A stretch of 64,000 bases of DNA, taken from assembly GCA_964016885.1 (NCBI GenBank), contig OZ024741.1:327918001-327982000 (forward strand), given 5' to 3'. Position numbers and translations under genes: made by a program. The notes under the pieces were generated by a model. It saw only the letters and a program-made list of their open reading frames with translations. It was not told the origin of the DNA and did no database searches. The first letter of the stretch is position 1, and every line of letters begins with the position of its first letter. This document shows, one piece after another, positions 1 to 13,564 of the stretch. The DNA comes from Eledone cirrhosa (lineage: Eukaryota).

Positions 1-89
1 CTCTTTCAAATGATAGTTGAGGAAATATAGGAAATCATTGCTGGACAGTGATAGTATTGAACAAAGGCGTAAATCTGCTTATACATCCA

Positions 90-276
90 TGCATGTACAC
101 ATACATACATAAATACAAACATACATGCGCACACACATAAATGCGTACTTATATATATATATATATATATTCATACATATACACATGTACAAACACCTAT
201 ATATTTGTATCAATACATACACGCATGCATACATGCATACATACGTACATACATACATAGATACTTACATACATAC

Positions 277-334
<58 letters not shown>

Positions 335-363
335 ATGTATATATATATGTATATATATATATG

Positions 364-395
<32 letters not shown>

Positions 396-407
396 TATGT
401 GTGTGTA

Positions 408-483
<76 letters not shown>

Positions 484-500
484 CACACATACACACGTAC
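90..500. repeat. Compound (TACA)n/(TA)n/(TG)n microsatellite; dozens of similar (TA)n tracts occur throughout the window
   Basis: Directly visible dinucleotide/tetranucleotide runs; they explain all YIYIYI-type ORFs in the track. Confidence 0.98.
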
Positions 501-1045
501 ATTCATTAATACACATATTCACTTTTAAATACAACCATTTATATATACATGCTATTGGAAAGCTTACAAGAATTCATATTTAACAAGTTTGTATTGGACG
601 GTCCTCAGGTGTATTTAAATTAATATCCTCAGCTAACTGAGAAACTAATTATGAATTCTTTCGTATTTATCACTGAAGCACTAAACGGATATTTTGGCAA
701 TCGTGCGTTTGGATTTGCGTAGATCATTCTAAATTCACTTATTAGGCTATGGTGTATGAAAATTCACGCTACAAGAACTCAAGAAAGTGTTAAATTAGTG
801 ATTATAGTTAACACTGAAACTTTTGCTAAGTTATATATTAGCACATAGTTTTATTTTTCTTTAGTAGTTCTTAGTTGTGTCTGTATAAATTATTGAATAA
901 TAATGTGAATTATACGTTGATGTCATGTAAATGAATTCATGACATCCTCTGTCGCTTTCTGGACGTTGTAAAATATATATGTTTAAGAATTATCTAATGA
1001 TGGCCATCGAGCCAAATTTATGTAGGAAGCAATTAATGCTCTGCA

Positions 1046-1168
1046 TTAGATTTCTAGTTCTTGTAAATTTAAGTTAGAGCATATTTTATCATAATCACAA
1101 CTGTTTCTATGCGATACGCCCATATGCTCGTAAATTCTGGATTCTGGTGGAGTCATAGCCGATTTCTT
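1046..1168 (-). CDS. Candidate terminal coding exon of an unidentified host gene (KKSAMTPPESRIYEHMGVSHRNSCDYDKICSNLNLQELEI*)
   Basis: Long polypyrimidine tract + ttag acceptor on the minus strand, then a 40-codon open frame to TAA in non-repetitive sequence; no homology recognised. Confidence 0.35.
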   Translation of the reverse strand, partial: KKSAMTPPESRIYEHMGVSHRNSCDYDKICSNLNLQELEI

Positions 1169-1478
1169 CTAAAGCAAAAACCAAAGAGTGAGAGAGAAAG
1201 AAAGAAAGAATGAAAGAAAGAAAGAAAGAAAGAGAGGGACAGAAAAAGAAAATAGGAGAAAGGGAGTGATAAAGGGGAATATAAGCGAAACCAAGCACAC
1301 TAATAGACTGTTACGTATCGTTGTCGATCTCAAAAATGTGACTTGCAATGTTAACAACTAGGTAGAGAAGAAGAGAAATGCACAGATGGCTGTAGTGTGA
1401 ACCTGTAGTGTGAAATGACGGGTTTAATTTCGTCAGTGTTCTCCTTCATCTTGGGCTTTAATAAAAGTTAGTGGGTGT

Positions 1479-1510
<32 letters not shown>

Positions 1511-3840
1511 CATCATCATCATCGTTTAACGTCTATCTTCCACGCTAGCATGGGTTTAGACGGGAATTGTTCCACTTGAGGCAAGATTGGTCGTCTCGCT
1601 CGAATAGGAATGTCTGGCAGGTGTTCTACGGCTGGATGCCCTTCCTAACACCAACCACGTTTACAGTGTGGACTGGGAGGTTTTTACCGTGTTACCTACA
1701 CGGCCACATTACAGCGTGGATTGTGTTTGTTTTTTTTGTCGTGACACCTACACGACCTCATTTATTTAGGACTGGATGTTGTGGTACCAACATAACTTTA
1801 CAGACGAAGGGGTGGGGGAGTTGGGGGAGTGGGAGGGGGGTACTTGGGTTATATTGGATTAAGAGGTGCCTACTGACTGTAGGTTTCGCTTTGTACTTAG
1901 GCAAGGCGAGTCCTCTGTATTACTGCGTGGCGCCAAAGATCTCGGTCCAGTGACATTGTCTTAAAGAGGTGTAAGTGTTTAAGGTCGGAATTTATCAAAT
2001 CGTCCCAGGTTTTTCTGGGTCTGCCTACTCGGTAACTTCCGTCAATTCTCATCGCCCTGCACTTTTTTATACAGCTGTCGTCTTTCATGCGCATCACGTG
2101 ACCATACCAACGTAGTCCTCTCTCGAGTAAACAGCATCTGAAGCCACCTATACCTAATTTCTCACTTAGTTCACTTACGCCTTCCTTTCACGTATATTAC
2201 TAGTACACATCTAGCGGAGCATGCGTGCTTCATTCCTCTCCAGTCTGCGCAGATCCTCTGCACACAATGCCCATGTCTCACTGCCATGTAAAATAGCTGT
2301 TCGTATGCAGGCATAATACAGTCTGCCTTTCATAGTTAGAGAGAAACCTTTTGTGGCCAATGGTGGTATAAGCTCTCTGAAGTTTTTCCATCCCGTCCTG
2401 ACTCTGGCTACTGTACAATCTGAGCACCCTCCATCACTGCTGATTTTCTCACCCAGGTAACGGAAGGTGTCCACTATTTCTATAGAACCATCTGGGCAAT
2501 AGAATGAGCTAGTATCCTGTGGGCGCTTGCTACTTATTGCACCTGGCCACCGGCCACATATAAAATCTACGTTCTTAGATAGCTTACCTGTGATCGCACT
2601 ACATCTTTTATGCACCCATACTTTGCATTTGGGACATAAAATGGAATTTCTGCCAACTCCTTTCCTACACACTGAGCATGGCCATTTCCCAGAGGGGACC
2701 TGTGCCCTATTTTCCTTCCTACATACTAGAATTTAACTCTTAGAGAAGTTAACTTTAAGGCGTTTTGATTCTGGGCCATGCTTCCATGTTTGGAATTTCT
2801 TCTCTAGTTCAGCCTTCGATTCAGCTATGAGCGTTAGATCGTCTGCATAGAGAAGTTCCCATGGGTAGCCGGTCTTGAACCTCTGTTATGGCCTGAAGGG
2901 CAATAATAAAAAGGAGGGGGCTAAATACAGAGCCCTGATGGACACCAAATTTACGCTAAATTCTTCACTATATTCGTTGTTAATTCTAACCATGCTGACT
3001 GTTTCTGTATACATGGCTTGTATAGCTCTCACAAGCCATTCATCAACCCCTAGTTTTTTAAGGGCACACCAAATAATGGTGCGGAGGACTCTGTCGAAGG
3101 TTTTCAACAAAAGCTAAGTAGAGGGGTTTACTTTTAGTTAGGTACTTCTCCTGTAGTTGTCGTACAAGGAAAAGGGCATCTGTGGTACTTTTATCAGACA
3201 CAAACCCAAACTGCATTTCATCTAGATCAATTTACTCTCTGATTAGTTGCGCTATGACTTTTTCTGTGATCTTCATGACCTGGTCAATTAATTTAATGCC
3301 TCTATAGTTTCCTCTATCTTGTGCATCTCCTTTACCCTTATAGCAGTTAATGATAATGCTGTTACGCCAGTCATTTGGTATGACCCCTTTCTGTATGACT
3401 TGGTTTACTATCCGTGTGACCATGGTGTGTCCTACCGTTCCAGATGTTTTCAGCATTTCAGCAACTATCTCCGAAGGCCCAGCTGCCTTGCCTGTCTTCA
3501 TGTCTTTCATTGCCTTACTTATTATTCAATTTGCACTGCTGGTCCCTCTATTGGATCGATGTGGGGAAGACTATCCTTGTCCCATTTATTTTCCTCATTT
3601 AGTAGCCTTTCGTAGTGACATTTCCAAGTTACCTTATTATCAGCGTTAGTGATGGCAATATACCATCATCATTACGGACACACTTCTCCCAGACAATATC
3701 ACGGTTTCCTTGACACATTGCCTAGCAATCCTGAACACGTCATGATTTTGGTCCTCGCGTTGTAGAATATGCTTGAACATTCTTTCCTCTGCTTCCCTTC
3801 TTTCGAAGTACACTTATCTCCTAGCATCGCTCCTGGCCAC
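1479..3840 (-). mobile_element. 5'-truncated, degenerate RTE-clade non-LTR retrotransposon
   Basis: Frameshifted RT pieces (MKTGKAAGPS, YKGKGDAQDRGNYRGIKL, LLYADDL, FRYLG, ILHGSETW, GRPRKTW), internal Cys-rich segment (CPKCKVWVHKRCS), (ATG)n 3' tail at ~1479-1523. Confidence 0.9.
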
Positions 3841-3899
3841 TATATATATATATATGAATAAAATTGATTGATTTGATATTGTATTTTTCAACGAAATGT

Positions 3900-3998
3900 C
3901 AGAGCCGTTAGAATCTCGGATAGACCGCTTTGTGGTATTGCCTTTCACCAATTCAAGGTGGATAAAAAAAGTACCAGTCTCATAATGGGGTCGATTCC
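3900..3998 (+). mobile_element. Degenerate SINE remnant
   Basis: Shares ttgcctttca...gataaaa..aagtaccagt...ggggtcgat with the SINE at 8372-8590. Confidence 0.55.
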
Positions 3999-4183
3999 TA
4001 CTCTATATCTCTTTTTCGCTTCCTTCCTCCCACTCGGTATTCGCCTTTGTGGCAGAAATTCTGCTTGTATTCAGAAGTGGAGAGGAGATGGGCTCCAGTA
4101 GGGTTACAAGATGCCCTAAGAATACTTGTATATCAATATGCCGCCACTATAACTCTTTCCACAGTTACGGGACAATACCATAC

Positions 4184-4236
4184 CATGTATATTTTATGAC
4201 AATAATTTTCAGTATCTCTGTTTGTAGTATGTGCTT
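4184..4236 (-). CDS. Candidate small internal exon ((E)AHTTNRDTENYCHKIYM)
   Basis: tttcag acceptor and ATG|gtatgg donor; ends in phase 0, compatible with the phase-0 start of the 1046-1168 candidate exon. Confidence 0.2.
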
Positions 4237-4474
4237 CTGAAACGTTTTGAAATATCAGAATTCTCATAGTTATACATATTCCCGTTTCCCAACTTCGGCA
4301 ATGTAATCTTCCATACATACATATCATAGTATCATTGTGCTTTCCTCATATAACAAGCTGTAAATGTACTTTGTGTTATATATTAATGTAAGCAAACTAT
4401 AATATATGTTTACATACATACGTTCACACAAGCATGCATGCAAACATACATACGTATATACTTAAATACATGCA

Positions 4475-4555
<81 letters not shown>

Positions 4556-4984
4556 TGCAAACATATACACACACATGCATACAGATATACATTAATATCT
4601 CAGCTTAAGCAAGCCATATCACTTCATATCTCTGTGGATATAACATATAGGTTTTCCTATTCATCCTCTATTGCTTCAATTTTAAATGTAACTCTATGTG
4701 TTCATTTATAACAAACATATCGCTGCGTAAATATTATATCACGAATCACATAAAACACCGCAACAAAGATTTATATCCACATTGATATAAGATTGCATTA
4801 TCTGATCTTAAGATTCACCCTACCATATTGGCGGTGCGGGGGGTATATAATATGTAAATATGTACCTGGTTTCTATCCTATATATGTGTAGGATTATTCA
4901 TGTGTAAGTGCCAATATATATACTTAAGTATGTACATGTATATGTGTTTATATATGTATTTATATAGAGGTATATACACACGCT

Positions 4985-5051
<67 letters not shown>

Positions 5052-5134
5052 ACACCTATATAAATATATATATATATACACACATATATGTATAAATATA
5101 TATATATGTATATATATATGTATATATATATACT

Positions 5135-6426
5135 GTATGCACTTCTTTGGCTACAACCAAAATGACAGAATCAGAGTATACACAGGATCCACGGGGAAGT
5201 ATAAGACCCTCATAGAACTGGACATGAAAGGAAGTTGCCCATTATAAACATGAGATAGAGTAAGCCACCTCATGTTACGACAACCAGAGACTAAACATGA
5301 GATAGAGAAAGCCCCCTCATGTTACGACAACCAGAGATACCAGAGTGCCGTGTTCGTGGACGATACCCCTGGAAGGAAATTAGCTAACCAAAGTGGAAAG
5401 GCCCTGAGAAAGACCCACTTACAGATTACAGTAGTAGAAAAGCCAGGACCTACCATAAAATCCCTGATCAGCAAAACACCCTTTTAAGAAAACCCACTGT
5501 ACTAATAGGAAATGTGTTATATGTAAAGTAAACCCCCGGATAAACTGTAAAACTAGAAATGTAGTCTATAGCATAAGATGTACAGAGTTTATTTGCAGAA
5601 ACATGACAACAACATACATAGGCGCGACAGATCGAAGCATAGGAGAACGTATAGACCAACACTGGGGGGAATTAAAAGGACGAAAAAATGGTTCAGTACT
5701 ATTCGAACACGCCACACAACAACATGGCGGTAACATAGACAATATAGAAATTAATATAATATCTATACATAGAAATGACCCAGCAGGTAGGCAAATCAGA
5801 GAGGCAAGCGAAATAGAGCTTAGAATGCCAAAGCTAAAGAGAAAAAATGAATGAAATAACAACACCCAAACAAACAATACTGACTTAAGAGAAATATAAA
5901 TAAATAAATATATACACAAGCACAAAAACAACAAACAGATATAAACACACACTCGTAAACTAAGATACAATACAGTAACCAAAACACAGTCACCCAAACG
6001 CGAACACACACCAAACACTATACACACACGCAAACGCATGCGCAGAGAAGAAGACAAAAATAAATAAATAAACAGATAAAATAAAAATGGCGTAGACATC
6101 CAATACAACGGGAGGAACATAATAGTACCACTGATGATGTTGCAGATGTGAAACGAAAACACTTTGTGAAACTTTATATATGTGTTTATATCTATATTAT
6201 ATCTGTATTTTTAACCGTTGGTCAGTCAATGATGAACATTGAGGACCAAATGAATTAACTGTGGAGATATAAAAGATACAGAAGCGAAAACCAACCAAAC
6301 AGTGAGGGTGTTCTTTTATTATTTCTGTCAATATTATTACAACAATATTACCCACCCAAAGTATAACAATATTTGTTTCGACACACGATTTCATATCAAA
6401 AACCTCGCAAAACAAATTCATCGCCG

Positions 6427-6428
<2 letters not shown>
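5135..6428 (+). mobile_element. 3' fragment of a Naiad-like PLE (same family as 13540-16452), degenerate
   Basis: GIY-YIG remnant (YIGATDRSIGERIDQHWGELKG) and 3' UTR clearly align with 15175-16452; frameshifts and stops; bounded by (TA)n tracts. Confidence 0.92.
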
Positions 6429-6487
<59 letters not shown>

Positions 6488-6625
6488 TAAAAGGAAAAGA
6501 AAATGCTGACAAATTGTACCCAGTGAATCACTGGGAACAATTTGTCAGCATTTTCTTTTCCTTTTACCAATATATCACAACTCGTGTGTTACACCACTAT
6601 TCTTTTATATCTATCTATCTATCTA

Positions 6626-6660
<35 letters not shown>

Positions 6661-7539
6661 GTGTATGTGTATGTATGTATGTGTGTATGTATGTATGTAT
6701 GTTTATACATATAAATATGTATATGTATATGTATATAGAGATAGATAGATAGATAGAGAGATAGATACTAAACGCTTCTCATGCTCTTTTTCTCCCTACC
6801 TTTCTCTAGTTTCCCTGGAGCAATCCTTTCATTTGAATCCCTGCATTTCAGAGCGTTTATTTTTTTCTCCTTTCTCTGCCTCTGTAAAATTTTATATATA
6901 TATATATATATTGCAGGATTCAGTAAGTGCTTTTAAAAGGAATAAAAATATTATATTCAAATGCATTTAACATTGCCAAGTATATTTTAGGTATTACGAT
7001 AATACTTATAAATTGTTTTCGAATATTATTTTTTGCTTTCATATATGTTATATTTTGTTTGTTTATTATTTCTAAGTTTATATTATTGTTATTATTATCA
7101 TTATATTATTTGACATTTTGCGTTTTGCGATAGATATTTCTTAGTTGTTTACATTAAAATTATATGTTATATATTTCCTTTTATTATTTGTTAAACTTCT
7201 AAGATAGGATATGTGCATCTCAATGACACAACACACTCTCTCATTTTCTATAGATAGTTATCAACCTTTTATACCTTTTATATCTTATTACGCTACTTTT
7301 TTTTACCGTCAATAGAGGTATGAGGAGTTCGTCGGATGATTTGGGTTCACAAGAACATTTGGTGATGTATAAATATTCAAAATATGTATGTTTGATCCTC
7401 ATTTCCAGATTTAGGGGAAGAAGTTGGTAGTCCTGGATCGAGGATAAGGAACCTTTCGATTGCGATCAACATAAAATGTTAATTTATAAACTTTGAGAGT
7501 ATGAAGAACTTGATAAATGCATATATAAATATATATATA

Positions 7540-7639
7540 TCCAAAATTAAAGAGACATGCGCCATATCCACTGTAGAATATGCTCCAACTTTCCAATGAA
7601 TAGATCCGAGCATTTTATATCAACTAGAAATTGATTGAC

Positions 7640-7671
<32 letters not shown>

Positions 7672-7825
7672 AACATATGAAACAATCACAGGGAATGATT
7701 TGTAAAAGTGTGTAAGCACACATAGCTAGGTAGGTAACTAATTAAAGTTTAACTAGAACTTTAAATATAGATACCTTATAAATTGATTAATCTTCTTTGT
7801 ATATATTTCATTAAAGAAATATATT
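7540..7825. repeat. Dispersed non-coding repeat; related copies occur as fold-backs at ~27380-27655 and ~56865-57295
   Basis: Shared caactagaaattgattgacat...aacatatgaaacaatcacaggga. Confidence 0.75.
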
Positions 7826-8259
7826 TCACCATCAATCGATCGGTAAACCACAGTAGCCAAATCCGGAATTTTCAACAAGGGAGAAGATTTAACTATCTGT
7901 GTTTACACAGCAAATTCAAATCTGCGAATGACGAGCAGTATATATAAGTATATACATATATTTATATAGTAATATTTAGAACACACTCCAGAATCGCGTG
8001 CTTTGTTTTCCTTTTTTTATTTCGTCTTTCTTGTACTCCACAACATTCTTTACATACTTCTTCCTATTTATCTGACATATTTCCTCTACGCCTCTTCAAC
8101 TTAAGACATGTTTTAAATCTCAATGATTTTTTTATGTTCTATCTTTATCTTATCTTTTATTCATACCATCAAAGTGAATTAGAATGAAGTCTCAAAAGAA
8201 CTTATATAGATATTTATATTTACATATGAGTTTAAATTTTTACACTGAATCTGAGGTAA

Positions 8260-8370
8260 ATGCGCATGGCTTAGTGATTTGGTTGTTCGGCTCATAATCG
8301 TAAGGTAGATACTGCGATTCCAAGCGGTATGCTGTGTCGTTGACACAGGCATTTTATTATTACACATTTC
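8260..8370 (+). mobile_element. tRNA-derived SINE head (same family as 27668-28277)
   Basis: gcgcatggcttagtg (A-box-like) ... gcgattcc (B-box-like); similar to 27668-27748. Confidence 0.6.
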
Positions 8371-8371
8371 A

Positions 8372-8712
8372 GGGCGGTGGATTGGCAGTATCGGTAGAAG
8401 GTCGGACGCCATGCTTTGTAGCATAGAGTTATGGCCCTTTATGATATGAGTTCAAATCCCGCCGAGGTTAACTTTGCCTTTCATCATTACGGGGTCGATA
8501 AAATGAAGTACCAGTCACGCACTGGTGTCGATTTAATCGACTTTCCCCTCCTCCAAAATTGCTGGCCTTGTACCTATATAAAAACCATTATTACACATTT
8601 CTCCACAATCCCGCCAAGGTTAACTTTGCCTTTCATCCTTACGGGGTCGATAAAATAAAGTACCAGTAATGTACTGGGTATTGCTGGCCTTGTGCCTAAA
8701 GTAGAAACAATT
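8372..8712 (+). mobile_element. tRNA-related SINE with a partial tandem duplication of its 3' half
   Basis: tggcagtatcggtaga (A box) ... gagttcaaatccc (B box) ... ctttgcctttcatc..ggggtcgataaaat.aagtaccagt; other copies at 31045, 31828, 61090. Confidence 0.85.
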
Positions 8713-8944
8713 ATTACACATTTCTCCAATCTATTCAATTGGGAAAATATTTTGTTCATGTTACACATTTTATCAAGCTGAATACATTTGATTATTGCGA
8801 GATGTATCTGTGGAACGTTCACATAAATTGTTCTAGCAACATATACTGTTTATGAAACAACTAGAGTACTCGTCGTTGTATGATCGTCTAAAATATTATC
8901 CTTTTAAAAAAATCCTTATATCCGATTTCAAATATCCTGTGGTT

Positions 8945-9069
8945 TAAATTATCACCGTAACCACCAAACACATTAGTATTAATTTCCTAGATGTTACATT
9001 TGACCTTAACTCACATATATATATAAGACATACCAATGAGTAGCTTCGATACACCATTATAGTCACCCT

Positions 9070-9103
<34 letters not shown>

Positions 9104-9200
9104 GCCAATAAATGAAATAAATATTTGAAAATTATTCGATATTTGAAAATTATTCGAAGCAATTCGACCTAAAGGACATAAATATTACAATAACTATCAA
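8945..9200 (+). mobile_element. Highly decayed YRDD-type PLE RT fragment
   Basis: Encodes INFLDVTFDL, matching the NFLDVTxxL motif of the other PLEs in the window. Confidence 0.5.
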
Positions 9201-9675
9201 TATATCTGGAAATCCTTCCACATATTAAGTGATCTCCTAAGTTTTGATGATCTTAGCCTAATTACACTGCAATATGTATATGCCTCTTACTCCACTAGAC
9301 AGCATGTCAGACACTCTGGCCGCAGGTATAATAATAGCAGTTCCTTTGGTCGGGTCGAAACTGCCAATGTCCACCTCAACGACAGATGATTCTGGAGTTC
9401 TGTGACGTTTGTTTGCATTTTTAATTAAAAGAAAAAAAATTAAGGTACGGGTCCCCTGAAGAAATTGTTTTGCGTTTTGCCTATATATCGTTCCATGTCT
9501 TGTCATCTCTGTAAAGTTTATCATATATATATATATATATATAGATAAATCTACCAAAATGTACGGTAGTGTCCAATCCGCATGAAGAACTCAATGTAAT
9601 CCGAATATCATGAAAAGAGAAGATGTATTCAAACAATTTTTTTCGATGAAAAATACAGGAAAACAGAGTCAAGAT

Positions 9676-12210
9676 AAATTAATAAAAATAATGAATAAAC
9701 AAAGAAACAGTTCCTTATATTAAAAAATTCATCATTTTACGATCGTTTCTAGGATACATATGTTAGTGTTGGTATGCATATCCTCTATAGATCTATGTAA
9801 AATTTTTACAAACTATCAGAAGGAATATACATACCTACACATATATATGCTGTCTTCAGAAATAATGATATTTGTTTATTGAAAAAAAACCAACAAAGAT
9901 TTAATACAATAGGTCTGTTTGTGAACAGGTTTTGAATTGACCAATAGAAAGATAGTGAAGGTCAACATGGGAAAATAGTAGTAAAAGAACCTTAATTTAG
10001 GGGTAGAGGAAGGTAGATTTCAGTTTTGGATGGAAAGAATATTATGAATGAAAGGTTATTTTAGGGATGAAAATAGGTCATATGCTGTCTTCAGAAATAA
10101 TTATATTTGTTCATTGAATAAAACCAACAAAGATTTAATATAATAGGTTTGGGAACAGGTTTTGAATTGACCAATAGAAAGGTAATAACTGACTAAATGG
10201 TAAAATAGTAGTAATGGAACTTTAATTTAGGGGTAGAAGAAGGCAGATTTCAGTTTTGAATGGAAGGAGTATGAAGAATGAAAAGGTTATTTTAGGGGTG
10301 AAAATAGGTCAGGTCGGTAAAAGGTACACGAAAAATTGCTGTTATAAAAGAATAATGCCAATGTAAATATCTAAGGAGACTAAAATTTTACGATAAAAGT
10401 GTTAGTGAAAAATATATATATATGGAATTTACATCTATGAAAAGAAAGTAAATTAATTAAATTGATAGGTATATTTATATTGATAAAATTATATTAATGC
10501 ATATAGATATGATACTTAAGAGTTAGATGTAATTGAAGAGTGCTGTTAAAGACGAGGGGAAATAAACAAAATATATATATATAATTATTGGGGGGGGGGG
10601 TTAAATTTATTAGTGAGAAATAACAAATATATAGAGATTACAAGGAACATAGAATCATAACCTGAAATTAAAACAGTATATATGTATACTTAATCGTATC
10701 AATTTTAGGAAAAGATAGTTGTAAAAAGGAAAATAAAATTATGTAGTTCATGAGTAGTAGAATATTAATAATAGGTTAACTAAATTAAAAAAAATGTTAT
10801 TATAATAATTTCTAAAGTGTATATTAATTAGGTTTATAATATTTAAAGGTTTTTCTCAGTTTATGATTACACGATATTATTAATTCCTCTCGCTTATTTA
10901 ATAGGATATCCTTAGATTTCATTATTTCAAAAAGTTCTTGGGAACACAATCTACATTCATATCTATTATTTTGATAAGGGGTGGCCCTTTTGAGCACACT
11001 CCAGGTCAGGTCATAATCTATATTCCTCTTTCTATAATTATTAATTATTTCAGCTAAAGATGTTGTATTAGCTAATGCGGGATTTTTAAAACTGTGTTTG
11101 TGGGTATTAAATCTTACTTTAAATTGGTTAGAGGTAGCGCCTATATATGAATAAATTGAGTCCTTAGTGTTAAATTTACATTTATATACTGTTATTAACA
11201 AGACAATTTCCTTTTAATGGGCAATTTGCTTTGTTTCTACAGTTACAACTTTTCGTGAATCCTGTATCAGAGGAGATATTATGGTTAGTTTGATGTATTG
11301 GTTGTTTTACATTTATATGCATTATAGGCACTTATATTTTGTTTTATGTTTTTGGTTGTTGAGTAGGAGAATTTAACCGTTGATCTATTTAAAATTTGAT
11401 GGTATTTGTGGTTTGGCGGGAAGTTCTTCTCTAGGATATTAACAAATATTTTAGGTATATTATCTTTGATTTGTAAATTAAATGGAGCATTATACCAAGT
11501 AACTCGTCTATTACGGTTTTGATGTTGTTTATTATTTTTATAGGATGTATCCTGATGTATATTAAGAGAATTATTGTTAATGACTTCACCACGCACATTT
11601 TTAGTTAGATTCATTGATTTAGGTGTTTCAGCTTGTTTATTAGGAGTTTTACTATTAACATTTATTAGAGTAGTAGGATGAATAGTTTTTTGAGAGTTAC
11701 TATATTGTATATTAGAAGAGTTAGAGAAATTTGGTTTTATGTTGGTATTTTTGGGTATAGTGTGAGTGGGATTTGGGTGTGTATGTTTCATTTGGTGTTT
11801 GTTGGTAATATTAGGTTGTATGTTTGTAGTGTTATTGGTACAAGTTATATATACTAATTTATGTTTGTGGCCACTTCTAGCTAAAGCTTCGTTATAAAAG
11901 GTCGCATTTTTATCAAATACATCCTGGTTAGACGAAAGGTTAGAAATTCTGAGTGAGATATTATATGCTAGGTTTTTAAGGATAGATTTAGGGTGATTAG
12001 ATTGTGAGTGTATGTAATGTAAGTTTTGGTTAGGTTTATGGTAAGGTTGGTAGATATGTATATTCCTTCTGATAGTTTGTAAAAATTTTACATAGATCTA
12101 TAGGATATGCATACCAACACTAACATATATATCCTAGAAACGATCGTAAAATTATGAATTTTTTAATATAAGGAACTGTTTCTTTGTTTATTCATTATTT
12201 TTATTAATTT
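9676..12210 (-). mobile_element. 5'-truncated YRDD-type PLE (RT thumb + GIY-YIG) with ~160-bp inverted pseudo-LTR
   Basis: ORF pieces WYNAPFN...SYSTTKN and VYKC...YIGAT...FKVRFNTHKHSF...CRLCSQE; 9676-9838 is the reverse complement of ~12050-12210; ~232-bp tandem duplication in the 3' UTR (9845-10310). Confidence 0.9.
9729..9868 (-). ncRNA. Type I hammerhead ribozyme motif with a large domain II insertion
   Basis: UCAUUAUUU-CUGAAGA-C-[AGCAUAUAUAUGU...ACAUAUGUAUCCU]-A-GAAAC-GAUC-GUA/AAAUGAUGA; 9-bp stem I, palindromic stem III. Confidence 0.75.
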
Positions 12211-12232
12211 ATATATATATATATATATATAT

Positions 12233-12427
12233 ATAGGAAGAAGTATGACTCCGACGGCAGAGCTCAAGCCACTGCGACGGCTATTTCTGGACTCCAGAAA
12301 TAGCCGTCGAAACGGCTTGAGCTCTGCCGTCGGGGTCATACTTTTTCCTATTACCCACTCTACTACCCTAAGTATTGAGTATTCTGGTGCGTTATGGTCC
12401 ATCTGGTTCCTTACCACATTTCCTTCG

Positions 12428-12430
<3 letters not shown>
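12233..12430. mobile_element. ~118-bp hairpin element plus a unique flank; relatives at 37635-37830 (inverted) and 61345-61397 (half)
   Basis: ataggaagaagtatgactccgacggcagagctc...gagctctgccgtcggggtcatactttttcctat; the same flank (acccactctactac...) follows in both full copies. Confidence 0.8.
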
Positions 12431-12469
<39 letters not shown>

Positions 12470-12471
<2 letters not shown>

Positions 12472-13540
12472 CGGCGATGAATTAGTTTTGCGAGGTTTTT
12501 TATATGAAATCGTGTGTCGAAACAGATATTGTTATATTTGGGGAGGGTCATATTTGCGTAATATTGCCAGAATTAATAACAGAACACACTCACTGTTTGG
12601 TTGGTTTTCGCTTCTCGCTGTCTTTTATATATATATATCTGCGATCTAACTTACTCGGTCCTCAATGTTGCCATTGACTGACCGGCGGTCAAAAATAATA
12701 CAGATACAATATAGACACAAACACATATATATAGTTTACATAATTTACATAAATCTTTCGTTGCACATCTGCAACATCGTCAGTGGTGTTATATTCATTG
12801 TTCCTCCTGTTGTGTTGTATGTCTACGCCATTTTTTTGTTCAGTCTGTCTATATATTTATTTATTTATTTGCTTTTTTGTTTATCTTATTTTATTTTGTC
12901 TTCTTTGCGCATGCGTTTGCGTGTGTGTATAGTGTTATGTGTGATGTGTGACTAGTGTGTATAGTGTTGTGTCTGCTGGGTGACTAGTGTGTGTTTATGT
13001 GCTTGTGTATGTATTTATTTATCTTATTTTATTTAATTTTATTTTATTTACTTATTTATACTTCTCTTAGGTCAGTGTTGTTTGTTTGGGTGTTGTTGTT
13101 GTTCCACTCATTCTTTCTGTTTAGCTTTGGTCTTCTAATTTCTATTTCACTGGCCTCTCTGATTTGCCTATCTGCTGGGTCATTCCTATGTTTAGATATT
13201 ATTCTAATTTCTATGTTGTCTATGTTACCGTCATGTTGTTGTCTAGCATGTTCGTATAGTACTGACCCGTTTTTTCGTCCTTTTAGTTCCCCCCAGTGTT
13301 GGTCTATCCTTTCACCTATGCTACGAGCTGTCTCACCTATGTATGTTGTTGTCATGTTTCTGCAAGTACCCTCTGTACATCTTATGCTATAGACTACGTT
13401 TCTAGTTTTACAGTTTATCCGGGGGTTCACCTTACATATGATACATTTCCTATTGGTACAGTGGGTTTTCTTAAAAGGGTATGTTTTGCTGATCAGGGAT
13501 TTTATGGTGGTTCCTGGCTTTTCTACCACCTTTATTTTTC
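12470..13540 (-). mobile_element. Inverted copy of the 3' ~1.05 kb (GIY-YIG + 3' UTR) of the adjacent Naiad-like PLE
   Basis: Near-identical reverse complement of ~15445-16452; ORF 13056..13529 repeats the C-terminus of the 786-aa ORF. Confidence 0.95.
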
Positions 13541-13564
13541 AACCCAGCTGACAAAACATATAAG

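Noticed and set aside
125-583. [12 protein letters not shown]-rich ORFs (also 48753-49533 and many others)
   Set aside because: These are translations of (TA)n/(TG)n/(CA)n microsatellites, which lack stop codons; they are not genes.
8372-8470. tRNA gene
   Set aside because: A/B boxes are present, but there is no cloverleaf and it continues into a multi-copy SINE body.
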